From the NCBI GenBank assembly GCA_043778825.1, contig JAYWFM010000230.1, positions 1 through 55,626 of the forward strand: a DNA stretch of 55,626 nucleotides. Direction: 5' to 3'. The stretch is from Planctomycetota bacterium. GTDB taxonomy: Bacteria > Planctomycetota > Planctomycetia > Planctomycetales > Planctomycetaceae. The notes under the pieces are model-generated. The model did no database searches. It was not told the origin of the DNA and saw only the letters and a list, made by a program, of their open reading frames with translations. Numbering within the stretch: position 1 is the stretch's first letter; each line of letters opens with the position of its first letter. Both the position numbers and the translations under genes were made by a program. Positions 55,473 through 55,626 of the stretch are shown one piece after another.

Positions 55473-55580
55473 GCGGGGGCTCCTGAGTTGCCCTGCATTC
55501 TACCACGGGGGAATGGCAAGATCATCCGGTGGCTGAAAATGCTCCGCTTCGAAGACTCCGCGTCGCAGCTCAACGGGAGA

Positions 55581-55626
55581 GTCGCCTTTCGCTCCGCGAA
55601 AGGCCGGTCTTTCGCGGAGCGAAAGA
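55581..55626. repeat. Class B palindromic element, copy 6 (truncated by the window end)
   Basis: GTCGCCTTTCGCTCCGCGAAAGGCCGGTCTTTCGCGGAGCGAAAGA. Confidence 0.85.

Overview
This is a high-GC (roughly 60%) chromosomal window whose gene content points to Planctomycetota: three DUF1559 'H-X9-DG' pseudopilin-like proteins, a DUF1501 protein, a giant PSCyt/DUF1592-DUF1588-type protein, and a Flp/Tad pilus cluster. I can support about 37 protein genes, one tRNA-Gly(CCC) and one decayed PIN-toxin pseudogene. Housekeeping genes include ileS, fmt, gltA, a cinA-like gene, an M32 carboxypeptidase and an aldo/keto reductase. Accessory content includes a translationally coupled Fic-LRR pair, flp-cpaA-cpaB-cpaC-cpaE followed by a hybrid histidine kinase, an EBP-like regulator, one intact VapBC pair, and an orphan antitoxin beside a decayed toxin. 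The most unusual property is the very dense load of short palindromic repeats. I count at least ten sequence families, and they occupy almost every intergenic spacer. Four families (A, C, E, F) have the REP architecture of a GT[AG]G head followed by a hairpin. Class C clusters flank an IS200/Y1-type REP-associated tyrosine transposase (RAYT) at 39879-40613, forming a REPtron. Several elements lie in frame inside coding sequence. ileS (1420 aa, much longer than a canonical IleRS) carries a class-A REP dimer, an AT-rich block of about 470 nt, a palindrome/heptamer-rich block next to the KMSKS loop, and two short perfect hairpins, all without breaking the reading frame. No CRISPR array, integrase, prophage or recognised defence island was seen. 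All coordinates, motifs and repeat copies were read by eye from the sequence; no database search was possible.
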